A stretch of 43,181 nucleotides of DNA from Betaproteobacteria bacterium RIFCSPLOWO2_02_FULL_63_19 (GTDB lineage Bacteria; Pseudomonadota; Gammaproteobacteria; Burkholderiales; SG8-39), in the NCBI GenBank assembly GCA_001770415.1, contig MEQX01000015.1, positions 31,453 to 74,633 on the forward strand, in the 5' to 3' direction. Numbering within the stretch: position 1 is the first letter of the stretch; each line of letters opens with the position of its first letter. Below are positions 16,155 through 25,913 of this stretch, piece after piece. The position numbers and the translations under genes are program-made. A model generated the notes under the pieces. The model saw only the letters and a program-made list of their open reading frames with translations, was not told the DNA's origin and did no database searches.

Positions 16155-18833
16155 ATGAGAATCACCCAGCTTAGCGTTGCCGAAGCGCTGGCCAGCCTGC
16201 ACAGCGGCGAGAGCGGTTTGAGCACGGCCGAGGCAGCGAGGCGACTCGCGGAATTCGGCCCCAATCGGGTCGAGGAAATCCGCGGCGAGCCGCTCGTGCT
16301 TCGGTTTGCACGCGAGTTCACGCATTTTTTCGCGCTCATCCTGTGGCTCGCGGCAGGTCTGGCGTTCGTTGCCGAACGCTATGATCCCGGCACGGGCATG
16401 GCGACGCTCGGCGCCGCCATCGTCGGGGTCATCCTCGTCAACGGCGGGTTTTCGTTCTGGCAGGAATACCGCGCCGAGCGCGCGATTGCGGCACTCAAGA
16501 ATCTGCTGCCGCACCAGGTCACGCTGATGCGAGACGACCAGGAATGTCGTCTGCCGGCCGAAGCGCTGGTGCCAGGTGATCTGATCCTGGTGCAGGAGGG
16601 CGACGACGTGCCGGCCGACTGTCGCGTGATCGAGGCGTTGGCGCTGCGGCTCAACGCGGCCACGCTGACCGGCGAATCGCTGCCCAGGGCACTCAACGCC
16701 GAGCCGTCCGAGGAGACCGATCTGCTCGCGGCGAGCAACGCGTTGCTTGCGGGAACGTCGATCATCTCCGGAAACGGCCGGGCCCTGGTGTTCGCGACTG
16801 GCATGCGCACCGAATTCGGCAAGATCGCCCGCCTCACGCAGTCCGATGGCCAGCCGCAGTCGCCGCTGCAGCGCGAGATCGCTCGGGTCTCGCGCCTGGT
16901 CGCGATGCTCTCGTTCGTGCTCGGCGTGACGTTCTTCGCCATCGGCCGGCTGATAGGGCTGCCGTTCTGGGACACGTTCATTTTCGCGGTCGGCATTCTC
17001 GTCGCGAACGTCCCCGAGGGACTGCTGCCGACCGTAACGCTTGCGCTGGCGATGGCCACGCAGCGCATGGCGCGCCGCAACGCGCTGATCCGCCATCTTC
17101 CTGCCGTGGAAACGCTGGGTTCGGCGACGGTCATCTGCACCGACAAGACCGGCACCCTGACACGAAACCGTATGACGGTACGCGCCGTGTTCCTGGGCAA
17201 AGAACAGTTCGGGCTTCCCGTGACGGCCGGCACGGTGCAGTTGTATCGACCGTTTTTCGAAGCTGCGCAGCACTGCCAGACGCTGCGCCAGGTCACCGAG
17301 AACGGCACACTCACGCGGGTCGGCGATCCGATGGAAACGGCGCTTGCACAGATGGCCGAAAGTGCGCTCGGCGCGCAGCCGGGACATCCGCGCATGCACG
17401 AAATTCCTTTCGACACCGACCGCCGGCGGATGTCCACCGTGCACGAGACGCCGCAGGGAAGCTTGCTCTACTGCAAAGGCGCCCCGGAGGTCGTGATGCA
17501 GCTCTGTACCTCCGCGCTGACACCGGAGGGCGTGCGTGCTCTCGACGAGGCAACGGCGGCGCGGTTTCGGCGCGCGCAGGAGGCCATGGCCGAGCGCGGC
17601 CTGCGCGTTCTCGCGCTGGCCTGCCGGACGCTACCCGAGCGCGCGCCGCAGGCCTGCTGGGAAAGCGAACTGACGCTTGCGGGACTGGCCGGCATCGAAG
17701 ATCCGCCGCGCGCGGAAGTGCCAGACGCAGTGCGCCGCTGTGCCGAGGCTGGCATCAAGGTCATCATGATCACCGGCGATCATCCGAGCACCGCGTGCGC
17801 CATCGCGCGCGAAATCGGGCTGGTGCGTTCGCCGACACCGGTTGTCGTCAGCGGCGGTGACCTTCAGCGGATGTCGCGCAGCCAACTCCAGCTCGCACTC
17901 GATGCGCCGGAGATCCTGTTCGCGCGCGTCACGGCCGACCAGAAGATGCTGGTCGTGGAAGCACTCAAGCAAAAGGGACACGTGGTCGCGGCGACCGGCG
18001 ACGGGGTCAACGACGCGCCGGCGCTGAAACGCGCAGACATCGGCATCGCCATGGGCATCTCCGGCACCGACGTCGCGCGCGAATCCGCCGACATGGTGCT
18101 GCTCGACGACAACTTCGCCAGCATCGTCAGCGCGATCGAAGAGGGGCGAGCGATCTACGACAACATCCGCAAGTTCCTCACCTATATTCTCACCTCGAAC
18201 ATTCCGGAGATCGTGCCCTACCTCGCGTTCGTGCTGTTCAGAATTCCGCTGCCGCTCACCGTCGTGCAGATCCTCGCGGTGGACCTCGGCACCGACATGC
18301 TTCCCGCGCTTGCGCTGGGTGCGGAACCGCCGGACCCGCGGGGAATGCAGCGAGCACCGCGTGCGCGCAGCGAGAGGCTGCTTTCCTGGCCGTTGCTCGC
18401 GCGCGCCTATCTATTTCTCGGCATGATGGAAGCCGCCGTGGGAATGGCCGCGTTCTTCTATGTGCTGCGCGTGGGTGGCTGGACGTTCGGGGAATCGCTT
18501 GGGCAGCAGAATCCGCTCTACCTGCAGGCGACCACGGCGTGCCTGGCGGCGATCATCGTCACCCAGGTCGTGAACGTCTTTTTGTGCCGCGATCCGCAGG
18601 CGTCGCTGTTCAGCCGCGGGCTGCTCGGGAACCGGCTGCTGCTGCTGGGCGTCGCGGCGGAGATCGCGCTGATGCTGGCGATTGTCTATATGCCCTGGGG
18701 CCAGGCGGTTTTCGGGACCGCCGCGCTCACGCTCGACGCGTGGCTTTTCATGCTGCCGCTCGCGGCGGCCATGTTGTTGCTGGAGGAATTGCGCAAAATG
18801 CTCGTACGCCTGGTACTCCGATCGCGGGAGTAA
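16155..18833 (+). CDS. Cation-transporting P-type ATPase (type II/III; Mg2+/Ca2+-like)
   Basis: 892 aa. Motifs: DKTGTLT (phosphorylation site), TGDGVNDAPAL (hinge), PEGL, and TGD/KGAPE in the nucleotide-binding domain. It has a cation-ATPase N-terminal domain and 10 predicted TM segments. Confidence 0.9.
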   Translation: MRITQLSVAEALASLHSGESGLSTAEAARRLAEFGPNRVEEIRGEPLVLRFAREFTHFFALILWLAAGLAFVAERYDPGTGMATLGAAIVGVILVNGGFSFWQEYRAERAIAALKNLLPHQVTLMRDDQECRLPAEALVPGDLILVQEGDDVPADCRVIEALALRLNAATLTGESLPRALNAEPSEETDLLAASNALLAGTSIISGNGRALVFATGMRTEFGKIARLTQSDGQPQSPLQREIARVSRLVAMLSFVLGVTFFAIGRLIGLPFWDTFIFAVGILVANVPEGLLPTVTLALAMATQRMARRNALIRHLPAVETLGSATVICTDKTGTLTRNRMTVRAVFLGKEQFGLPVTAGTVQLYRPFFEAAQHCQTLRQVTENGTLTRVGDPMETALAQMAESALGAQPGHPRMHEIPFDTDRRRMSTVHETPQGSLLYCKGAPEVVMQLCTSALTPEGVRALDEATAARFRRAQEAMAERGLRVLALACRTLPERAPQACWESELTLAGLAGIEDPPRAEVPDAVRRCAEAGIKVIMITGDHPSTACAIAREIGLVRSPTPVVVSGGDLQRMSRSQLQLALDAPEILFARVTADQKMLVVEALKQKGHVVAATGDGVNDAPALKRADIGIAMGISGTDVARESADMVLLDDNFASIVSAIEEGRAIYDNIRKFLTYILTSNIPEIVPYLAFVLFRIPLPLTVVQILAVDLGTDMLPALALGAEPPDPRGMQRAPRARSERLLSWPLLARAYLFLGMMEAAVGMAAFFYVLRVGGWTFGESLGQQNPLYLQATTACLAAIIVTQVVNVFLCRDPQASLFSRGLLGNRLLLLGVAAEIALMLAIVYMPWGQAVFGTAALTLDAWLFMLPLAAAMLLLEELRKMLVRLVLRSRE

Positions 18834-19046
18834 GTTTGAGGCGTACTCGGCCGCCAGCGTACAGGTCGCATGCGGCGCAGGATGCCGCCACCTGATGGGC
18901 ACGCGCCAAGGCCGTTGCCTTCGGTGCTGCCACAGCGTAGATTGCGCCAGTAGTTAAGGCAATAGGTCCTGCGCCACCGGATCGGAACTCGGCTTGATCG
19001 GCTTCGCGGGTGGCGCGGATAATGCCGCTTTCACGGGGGAGGAACC

Positions 19047-20528
19047 ATGAACGCTCCAGAAACGAAAGCTACGCAAACAGCTGCCTACGACGGACTGCGC
19101 TCGTTTCTGAGCGCGTGCGAAGCGCTCGGCGAGCTGCGCACGATCAAGGGCGCAGACTGGGAACTCGAAATCGGCGCGCTGACCGAATCCGCCTCGGAGC
19201 TGATTCCCGAACCTCCCGCGTTGCTGTTCGACGACATCAAGGGATATCCGTCGGGCTACCGTATCCTGAGCCTGCCGATGACCTCGCGCGTGCGTTCGGC
19301 GCTCGCGCTGCGGCTGCCGACCGATACGCCGCGGCTGGAACTGGTACGTCTCGCGGCGAAGAAGATACGCACCTCCAAGCATCTGCCGCCGGTCGAGGTT
19401 CAGAGCGGTCCGGTGATGCAGAACGTGATGCGCGACAACGAGGTCGATCTGCTCAAGTTCCCGGCGATGCGCGCGCACCGCAAGGACGGCGGGCGCTACA
19501 TCGGTACCGGCGACACGCTGATCAACCGCGATCCCGAATCCGGCTATGTCAATGTCGGCACCTACCGCATGCAGGTGCACGAGCGAAACCTGCTCGGCCT
19601 CTGGCAGAGCCCGGGGCAGCAGGGACGACTGATCGCAGAGCGCTACTGGAAGCAGGGCAAGCCCTGTCCGGTGGTCGTCACCTTCGGCGGCGATCCGTTG
19701 CTGCTGATGGCGTCCTACACGAAATTCGCCTGGGGCCAGTCGGAGCTCGAGGCGGTCGGCGGCATGCTCGGCCACGCTCTCGAAGTCATTCGCGGCCCGC
19801 TGACCGGCCTGCCGATCCCGGCGCACGCCGAGATCGCGATCGAGGGCGAGATTCCGCCGCCCGACGTCGAATCGCGCGACGAGGGCCCGTTCGGCGAATG
19901 GACCGGCTACTATGCCGGCGGCACGATCGGTACCGGTGAGAAGCAGCCCGTTATCCGCGTCAAGGCGCTCTATCACCGCAACGATCCTATCCTGATCAAC
20001 ATGGCGCCGCAGTGGCCCGGCGCGCCGCATCACGGCGTGCGTTACGAGGGCGGCATTCTGTGGGACCAGCTCGAGGCGGCCGGCGTGCCGGGTGTCGTCG
20101 GCGCCTATTTCCACAATGCGTTTCTCGCGGTCGTCGCGATCCAGCAACGCTACGCCGGACACGCGCGCCAGGCCGGCATGGCCGTGCTCGGCTGCGCGGC
20201 CGCGGCGCGCAACGGTCGTTTCGTCGTCATCGTCGACGATGACATCGATCCGTCGAACATGCAGGAAGTCTGGTGGGCGATGACCTCGCGCGTCGATCCG
20301 GCGACCGACATCCAGATCGTTCCCGACTGCTGGGCGAGCCCGCTCGACCCGCGCATGCCGCCCGATCTCAGCCGCCACGGCCCGCACGTCAACTCGCGGG
20401 CGATCTTCTACGCCGTGCGCCCCTGGGCCTGGCGCAACGAGTTTCCGCAGGTCAACCGCATCGACCCCGATCAGAGGGAAGAGGTCGTGCGAAAATACGC
20501 TTCGATACTGCCATTCCCGAAGTTCTAG
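19047..20528 (+). CDS. UbiD-family (prFMN-dependent) reversible decarboxylase
   Basis: 493 aa. A GGAGGAACC ribosome-binding site precedes the ATG. The sequence is typical of UbiD (…GGRYIGTGDTLINRDPESGYVNVGTYRMQV…EWTGYYAGG…). Confidence 0.85.
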   Translation: MNAPETKATQTAAYDGLRSFLSACEALGELRTIKGADWELEIGALTESASELIPEPPALLFDDIKGYPSGYRILSLPMTSRVRSALALRLPTDTPRLELVRLAAKKIRTSKHLPPVEVQSGPVMQNVMRDNEVDLLKFPAMRAHRKDGGRYIGTGDTLINRDPESGYVNVGTYRMQVHERNLLGLWQSPGQQGRLIAERYWKQGKPCPVVVTFGGDPLLLMASYTKFAWGQSELEAVGGMLGHALEVIRGPLTGLPIPAHAEIAIEGEIPPPDVESRDEGPFGEWTGYYAGGTIGTGEKQPVIRVKALYHRNDPILINMAPQWPGAPHHGVRYEGGILWDQLEAAGVPGVVGAYFHNAFLAVVAIQQRYAGHARQAGMAVLGCAAAARNGRFVVIVDDDIDPSNMQEVWWAMTSRVDPATDIQIVPDCWASPLDPRMPPDLSRHGPHVNSRAIFYAVRPWAWRNEFPQVNRIDPDQREEVVRKYASILPFPKF

Positions 20529-20551
20529 TCTGCTAAAGAGGAGGAGGAACG

Positions 20552-21565
20552 ATGAGGACGACCCAAGAAGGAATCTATCGCCCGTTGCTGCGCGCCGCGG
20601 CCGCATTTTCGCTCGGTGCCGCGCTGGTCACGAACGTGGCGGCGCAGGAGGCCGTGCGCATCGGCACCTCGAGCGTCGGCAGCGTCTTCTACACGATCGC
20701 GATCGGCATGAGCGAGATCATCCAGAAGCACGGCAAGGTCAGCACCTCGGTGCAGCCGCTCGGCGGTTCGACGGCCAACGTCATCGGCATCGGCAACAAG
20801 AAGATCGAGTTCGCGATCGCCAATGCGTTCGCGTCGTTCTCGGGTTATTACGGCCGCTACAACTTCAAGAAATCGCTGGACGTGCGCCTTGTGCTGCAGG
20901 GGCAGCCGAGCTATCGCGCGTTCCTCGTGCGCAAGGGGGCGAACATCCGTACCGCCAGGGACATGGAGGGCAAGACGATCGTCGGCAAGCGCCGCGCGCT
21001 TCCGGAAATCGAGCTCGTGATGGACGCCTTCATCAAGGTGCACGGCCTCAACCCTAAGAACATCAAGGTCGTCGCAACCACCAACACCCCGGAAGTGAAC
21101 AACGCGTTCAAGGCCGGCACGATCGACGCGGCGATCATGCCGTTCAGCCGAAAGTCGCCGCAGATCGAACAGCCGATCCGCGACGGCGTCTTCGAATTTC
21201 TCTACATCGACGAAGCGAAGCGTGACGAGATGCTCAAGGAACTGCCGGGCGCGTTCTACGCCGGGGTCTTCGAGCCGGGGGTGTTCACCGATCAGAACAA
21301 GCCGGTCTACACCGTCGGCATGAATACCTATCTGATTACTCACTCGAAACTGGGCGAGGAAACGGTCTACCGCGTGGTCAAGGCGATCCTTGAGCACCTC
21401 GACGAGTTCGCGACCTACCATCGCGCCGGCCGGCAGTACAACGCAAAAGCCGCGCTCGGGACCTTCGCGTTGCCGTTTCATGACGGCGCAGTGCGTTACT
21501 TCAAGGAAAAAGGGCTCTGGACCGCGGCTCACCAGGCCAAGCAGGACGAACTGCTGAAGCGCTGA
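20552..21565 (+). CDS. TAXI-family TRAP transporter solute-binding protein
   Basis: 337 aa. A strong ribosome-binding site (AGGAGGAGGAA) is present. The signal peptide is AAAFSLGAALVTNVAAQE. The C-terminal ...AVRYFKEKGLW matches the first TAXI gene. Confidence 0.85.
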   Translation: MRTTQEGIYRPLLRAAAAFSLGAALVTNVAAQEAVRIGTSSVGSVFYTIAIGMSEIIQKHGKVSTSVQPLGGSTANVIGIGNKKIEFAIANAFASFSGYYGRYNFKKSLDVRLVLQGQPSYRAFLVRKGANIRTARDMEGKTIVGKRRALPEIELVMDAFIKVHGLNPKNIKVVATTNTPEVNNAFKAGTIDAAIMPFSRKSPQIEQPIRDGVFEFLYIDEAKRDEMLKELPGAFYAGVFEPGVFTDQNKPVYTVGMNTYLITHSKLGEETVYRVVKAILEHLDEFATYHRAGRQYNAKAALGTFALPFHDGAVRYFKEKGLWTAAHQAKQDELLKR

Positions 21566-21571
21566 TAAAGC

Positions 21572-21609
21572 AACGCCCGGCGTGCCGCCTGCGCGGCGCG
21601 CCGGGCGTT
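21572..21609 (+). promoter_or_regulatory. Intercistronic GC-rich hairpin between the TRAP binding-protein and permease genes
   Basis: An 11-bp perfect inverted repeat AACGCCCGGCG...CGCCGGGCGTT sits directly after the binding-protein stop, 7 nt before the permease ATG. Coordinates are ±1. Confidence 0.4.
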
Positions 21610-21615
21610 TGACTC

Positions 21616-23529
21616 ATGCCCTGGATCGCTACCGGAACGCTGCTGCGCTGGCTGTGCACGGCGATTGGTCTTTACCACGTCGTCGTCGTCGCCGGCCTGC
21701 CGGGCTGGATCGGCATCTTCGTCCCGCACCAGATCCACAAGTCGATCAGCCTCGCGGGCGCCCTGGTGCTGATCTTCTGGCTGCTGCGCGCACGCGGCGA
21801 CCGCCGCGGCGAAGACACCGAGACACGCGCTGCGGAGCGGCGCACGCCGTGGTACGACTGGTTGCTGCTCGCTTCAGGTCTCGCCGGCACCGGCTATGTC
21901 GTGTTCTTCCACGAACAGGTGCTCGACTACGGCATGTTCGGTGAACTCGATACGCGTGGCATGGTGCTCGCGGCAATGCTTGTCGTGCCGCTGCTCGAAG
22001 CGGTGCGGCGCACGACCGGTTGGGCGCTGCCGGTGATCATCGTGCTGTTCGTTCTGCTGACGATGTTCCAATCCTACCTGCCCGGACTGCTGCACGGGCG
22101 CGGCTACCCGCTCGAGCGGCTGTTGTACAGTGCCTACGCCGGCAATGCCGGCATCTACGGCCTGCCGCTCGGCATCGCCGCGAACATCGTCATCATCTTC
22201 CTGATCTTCGGTGCGCTGATGGACGGTGCCGGTGCGAGCCGCTGGTTCATGGACCTGGCGCTCGCGCTGACCGGCTGGTCGCGAGGTGGCCCTGCCAAGG
22301 CTGCAGTGGTCGCGAGCGCAATGTTCGGCTCGATTTCAGGCTCGCCGTCGGGCAATGCTGCGACCACCGGGGTGTTCACGATTCCGCTGATGAAACGGAT
22401 CGGCTACACGCCGGCGTTCGCCGCAGCCGTCGAAGCGGTCGCTTCGACCGGTGGCATGATCCTGCCGCCGGTGATGGGAGCGATCGCGTTCATCATGTCC
22501 GAGTGGATCGAGGTGCCGTATTCAGCGATCGTCGTCGCTGCGGCGGTGCCGGCGCTGCTTTATTACCTGATCGTCTTCGTATCGGTGCATCTGCAGGCGC
22601 GGCGCGACGGCATCCAGGCGATGCCGCGCTCCGAACTGCCGCGGTTCGGCGCGGTGCTGACGCGAGGCTGGCACCACCTGATTCCGATCGCCGCGCTCAT
22701 CTATTTCCTGATCTTCCGCTCGCTGCCACCGGGCATCGCCGGTGTCTATGCGTGCGGCTTCGTCGTGCTTGTCAGCTTCTTTACGCGCGACCGCGGCAAC
22801 TGGCTGACGCCGCGGCGCATCGTGCAGGCGTTCCAGGACGGCGTCAGTCGCTGGGTGGTCGTCGCGGCGATCACCGCATCGGTCGGCATTATGATCGGTG
22901 CACTCGAACTTTCGGGCGTCGGCATCAAGTTTTCGCGCTTTATCGTCGATCTCGCCGGCGGCAATCTCTACATTACGCTGGCGATGGTCGGCGTCGTCTG
23001 CCTGGTGGTCGGCATGGGGCTCGATGCGACCCCCGCCTACATTACGCTGGCGACGCTGATGGCACCCGCGCTCGTGCGCCTCGGCGTCTCGGACATGGCC
23101 GCGCATCTGTACGTGATCTACTGGGGCCTCGCCTCGTTTTACACGCCGCCGACCTGCATCGCGGTCTACGTTACTTGCGGGCTTTCGGGAAGCAAGGTCT
23201 GGGAAACCGGCTGGGAATCGGTGAAGCTCGGCATTGCCGCATTTCTGGTGCCGGTCGCATTTGCGATCAACCCGGGACTGATGCTTCAGGGCAGCCTGCC
23301 GAACATCTTCCTCGCGACGACGACCGCGCTGATCGGCGCCGTGCTGCTGGCTTGCGGCATCCGAGGCTACGCGTTTTCCCCGATCGGTGGCGGGCCGCGG
23401 TCGATGCTCGTCGTCGCGGGAATCCTTTTCATCCTGCCCGGGCTCGTGCTGCCGGGGATCGGGCTTGCGCTGACGCTCGCTGCACTGGCGCCGCAATGGC
23501 GCGGCAGCAAGCGGGCGGCGCATTTATGA
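21616..23529 (+). CDS. TRAP transporter fused permease (4TM/12TM, TAXI-associated)
   Basis: 637 aa and highly hydrophobic, typical of fused DctQM-like TAXI permeases. It is co-oriented and adjacent to the TAXI binding protein. Confidence 0.85.
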   Translation: MPWIATGTLLRWLCTAIGLYHVVVVAGLPGWIGIFVPHQIHKSISLAGALVLIFWLLRARGDRRGEDTETRAAERRTPWYDWLLLASGLAGTGYVVFFHEQVLDYGMFGELDTRGMVLAAMLVVPLLEAVRRTTGWALPVIIVLFVLLTMFQSYLPGLLHGRGYPLERLLYSAYAGNAGIYGLPLGIAANIVIIFLIFGALMDGAGASRWFMDLALALTGWSRGGPAKAAVVASAMFGSISGSPSGNAATTGVFTIPLMKRIGYTPAFAAAVEAVASTGGMILPPVMGAIAFIMSEWIEVPYSAIVVAAAVPALLYYLIVFVSVHLQARRDGIQAMPRSELPRFGAVLTRGWHHLIPIAALIYFLIFRSLPPGIAGVYACGFVVLVSFFTRDRGNWLTPRRIVQAFQDGVSRWVVVAAITASVGIMIGALELSGVGIKFSRFIVDLAGGNLYITLAMVGVVCLVVGMGLDATPAYITLATLMAPALVRLGVSDMAAHLYVIYWGLASFYTPPTCIAVYVTCGLSGSKVWETGWESVKLGIAAFLVPVAFAINPGLMLQGSLPNIFLATTTALIGAVLLACGIRGYAFSPIGGGPRSMLVVAGILFILPGLVLPGIGLALTLAALAPQWRGSKRAAHL

Positions 23530-23737
23530 TCACACGCCCGGCGCCGTAGCATACCGAGTCTTGATGCTCCGGCTCTGAGTGAATTTGGCGCATTTGGCTG
23601 CAGGCGGTATAACGGTATAATTCATTGCCCGCCGTTGCCTGCCTGTCGGTGGCGCCCCCATAGTTCCCGCGCTTGACGGTACCGTTGCTCCGCAATCCCG
23701 AGGGCGCGGTCATATCAACCCAATATGGAGGTGACCC

Positions 23738-24550
23738 ATGAATCATGTCGACGACGTTGATGCCGTCTTGACGATGTCCCCGTCACGTGCATGGGAAAGC
23801 CGTTTGCGGCTGCCGGTGCGGGGTCAGCGGATGCCGCAAGACTCCGAGTATTGCGAGATTCGCGAAGGATCCAAGTGGCGCCGGCTGCGTTTTCACGACT
23901 ATCACGAGATCTTCAACCGTCCCGGTCTGTACGAGTACCTGTACTGCGACCTGTTGCAGTGCCGATCACCGCAGCGTGTTGTGGGACTGCTCGCGGAAGT
24001 ACGCGACGATCTGGGCGGGACTGAGCCGCTTCGGGCAATCGATCTCGGGGCCGGCAACGGCATCGTAGGCGACGAGTTGAGGCGTATCGGCGCCGCTGAC
24101 GTCGTCGGCATAGACATTCTGGCGGAAGCTCGCGCCGCAGCGCAACGCGATTTCCCGCACGTCTACTCCGACTACTACGTCGCTGACATGGTCGACCCGC
24201 CCGCCGAAGTCGACCGGCGCTTGCGCGCGCTGCGACCGAACGCGCTGACCTGCGTAGCCGCGCTGGGTTTCGGCGACATACCGCCGCGCGCCTATCACAG
24301 GGCGGTCAGTTACGTTGCGCTGGGCGGACTCCTCGCATTCAACATCAAGGCGGAGTTTCTTGACGCTCGCTATACCTATGGATTCTCCGAGCTGATGCGC
24401 CGCATGGTAAACGAGGGAATAGTGCAGCTTGAAGCGACGCGTCGCTACCGGCACCGCCTGGCAGCCAACGGCGAGTCGATCTATTACACGGCGATGGTTG
24501 TCACGAAGCTCAAGGAGATCCCCGCAAGCATGCTGGTAGAAGCCAGCTGA
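23738..24550 (+). CDS. Class I SAM-dependent methyltransferase
   Basis: 270 aa. A GGAGGTGACCC ribosome-binding site precedes the ATG. Motif I is AIDLGAGNGIVGDEL and an acidic loop is VVGIDI. Confidence 0.65.
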   Translation: MNHVDDVDAVLTMSPSRAWESRLRLPVRGQRMPQDSEYCEIREGSKWRRLRFHDYHEIFNRPGLYEYLYCDLLQCRSPQRVVGLLAEVRDDLGGTEPLRAIDLGAGNGIVGDELRRIGAADVVGIDILAEARAAAQRDFPHVYSDYYVADMVDPPAEVDRRLRALRPNALTCVAALGFGDIPPRAYHRAVSYVALGGLLAFNIKAEFLDARYTYGFSELMRRMVNEGIVQLEATRRYRHRLAANGESIYYTAMVVTKLKEIPASMLVEAS

Positions 24551-24671
24551 TGACTCATCCCGCTTCTCGATGATCGTATGGGGATCGCCCGTATCTTGCG
24601 CTGGGAACAGGTCGAACCATCCATGCGGTTCCGGCCGGCAACCGATCTCGCGCGGTGAATGTCAACTGGCC

Positions 24672-25739
24672 CTAGTGAACGCCGATGAAGCGCTCGACGA
24701 TCCGGCGCTTCTGTTCACAGCGTTTCTGCGACCAGCAGGCCCTGAATTCCTTGGCGAGCTTGCCGTCCTGGTAGATCTGGATGGCCAAGGGCTTGTTCAT
24801 CATCACCGTGTGTACGTAGGTGACGAAAGCCTCGGCCCAGTCGTCACCCGGGCCGGTCGCGCCGTAAAGCGTGGGAAAGTTGGTCGTCTCCAGTTTCCGG
24901 TAGATGTCGAGCATCCGGCTTGCGGCGAGTTTCGCGCCGAAGTAGAACACCACGTCGCGGCGCTCCGGAAACGCGGCGTCATAGACGCTTGCGTACTTGT
25001 CGCTGCCGGGAGCGAGCGTCCAGGACAGCGAGAAGTACCGATAGCCGGCCGTGGACCGTACGTCCTTGGGTTCGATGGTCCACGAGGGATGGATATCTTC
25101 GCCGATCGACAGAATGTGACCGAGCTCATGCAACAGGATGTACTGGATGGCGTTCTTGCGGTTGTCTCCGACGCGGGCTTCGATCTCGCCTTTCAACTCG
25201 ATTCCGGATCGCGGCTGAAACGGCGTGTTTTCCTTCCACGTAAACCACGTGTTTGCGATCTTGTCTCGCAGTACCGCCGAGTCGAGCACGACAAATCCGG
25301 TGCGTTCGTTGCCGTCTGCATCCTCGATCGTGTCGGTCCATCCGGTGCCACCGAAGTCCTCCGCGAAATAGACGCCGGCAAGCTTGTCGTGCAGGAGCCG
25401 TCTAACCCGTTCGGGAAGCTCGACCAGCGCCTGGCGCGCGTCACGTTCGAAATCGGGCGTCAGCCTGGCGCCGCGCGGACGCTTGGATATTCCATTGCGG
25501 ATATTGTCCTGGGTCATGAAGTCGATCACCTCCGGCGCGGCCGCGCCGAATCTGTCTTCCACAGGTTTGGAGAATGCGGCATCCCAGTAGGCCCATGTCT
25601 TGACCACATGCTGCTTCGGCGCGACGACGCTGCAGTCCTGCCCGCCGGCGGCGCACTGGCTCTGTGCGGGTCCGGCGTAGCAGTTCGACGCGGCAAGCAG
25701 CCACAGCCCGGCCCAGATCGCTGCCGTGCGCGGCGCCAC
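24672..25739 (-). CDS. Secreted HExxH zinc-metallopeptidase-like protein
   Basis: ORF 24672..25868. The most plausible start is an in-frame GTG at 25737-25739. That start yields a clean signal peptide, (M)APRTAAIWAGLWLLAASNCYA. There is an HExxH motif at ILLHELGHILS and no confident family assignment. Confidence 0.55.
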   Translation of the reverse strand: MAPRTAAIWAGLWLLAASNCYAGPAQSQCAAGGQDCSVVAPKQHVVKTWAYWDAAFSKPVEDRFGAAAPEVIDFMTQDNIRNGISKRPRGARLTPDFERDARQALVELPERVRRLLHDKLAGVYFAEDFGGTGWTDTIEDADGNERTGFVVLDSAVLRDKIANTWFTWKENTPFQPRSGIELKGEIEARVGDNRKNAIQYILLHELGHILSIGEDIHPSWTIEPKDVRSTAGYRYFSLSWTLAPGSDKYASVYDAAFPERRDVVFYFGAKLAASRMLDIYRKLETTNFPTLYGATGPGDDWAEAFVTYVHTVMMNKPLAIQIYQDGKLAKEFRACWSQKRCEQKRRIVERFIGVH

Positions 25740-25913
25740 GGGAGCTGATTTCCTGTCGCGTTGGCGAAACAGGACCAGCCGCCCGACAGGGTGCACGGCT
25801 GGTAGAAACCCGAATCCGATCGACGATCGGCAGAACGACATTAGGTCTTGGAGGACCATCCGAGACACGCTTGACGTTGAGCGTTCGAGCAGCCGATGGC
25901 CGCGATCCGATCT

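Noticed and set aside
18954-20606. 550-aa ORF on the minus strand spanning the whole UbiD gene. There are similar long antisense or alternate-frame ORFs at 16050..17444 and 16379..17437 (vs the P-type ATPase), 20525..21532 (vs TAXI), 22020..23549 and 22522..23523 (vs the TRAP permease), 4300..5901, 5947..7098, 11626..12591, 25441..26385, 27833..29905 and 32049..33590.
   Set aside because: Their translations are extremely Arg/Ala/Gly/Pro-rich and low in complexity, and they have no recognisable motifs. They lie entirely within well-supported genes on the other strand or frame. Stop-codon-poor antisense frames are an expected artefact of high-GC DNA.
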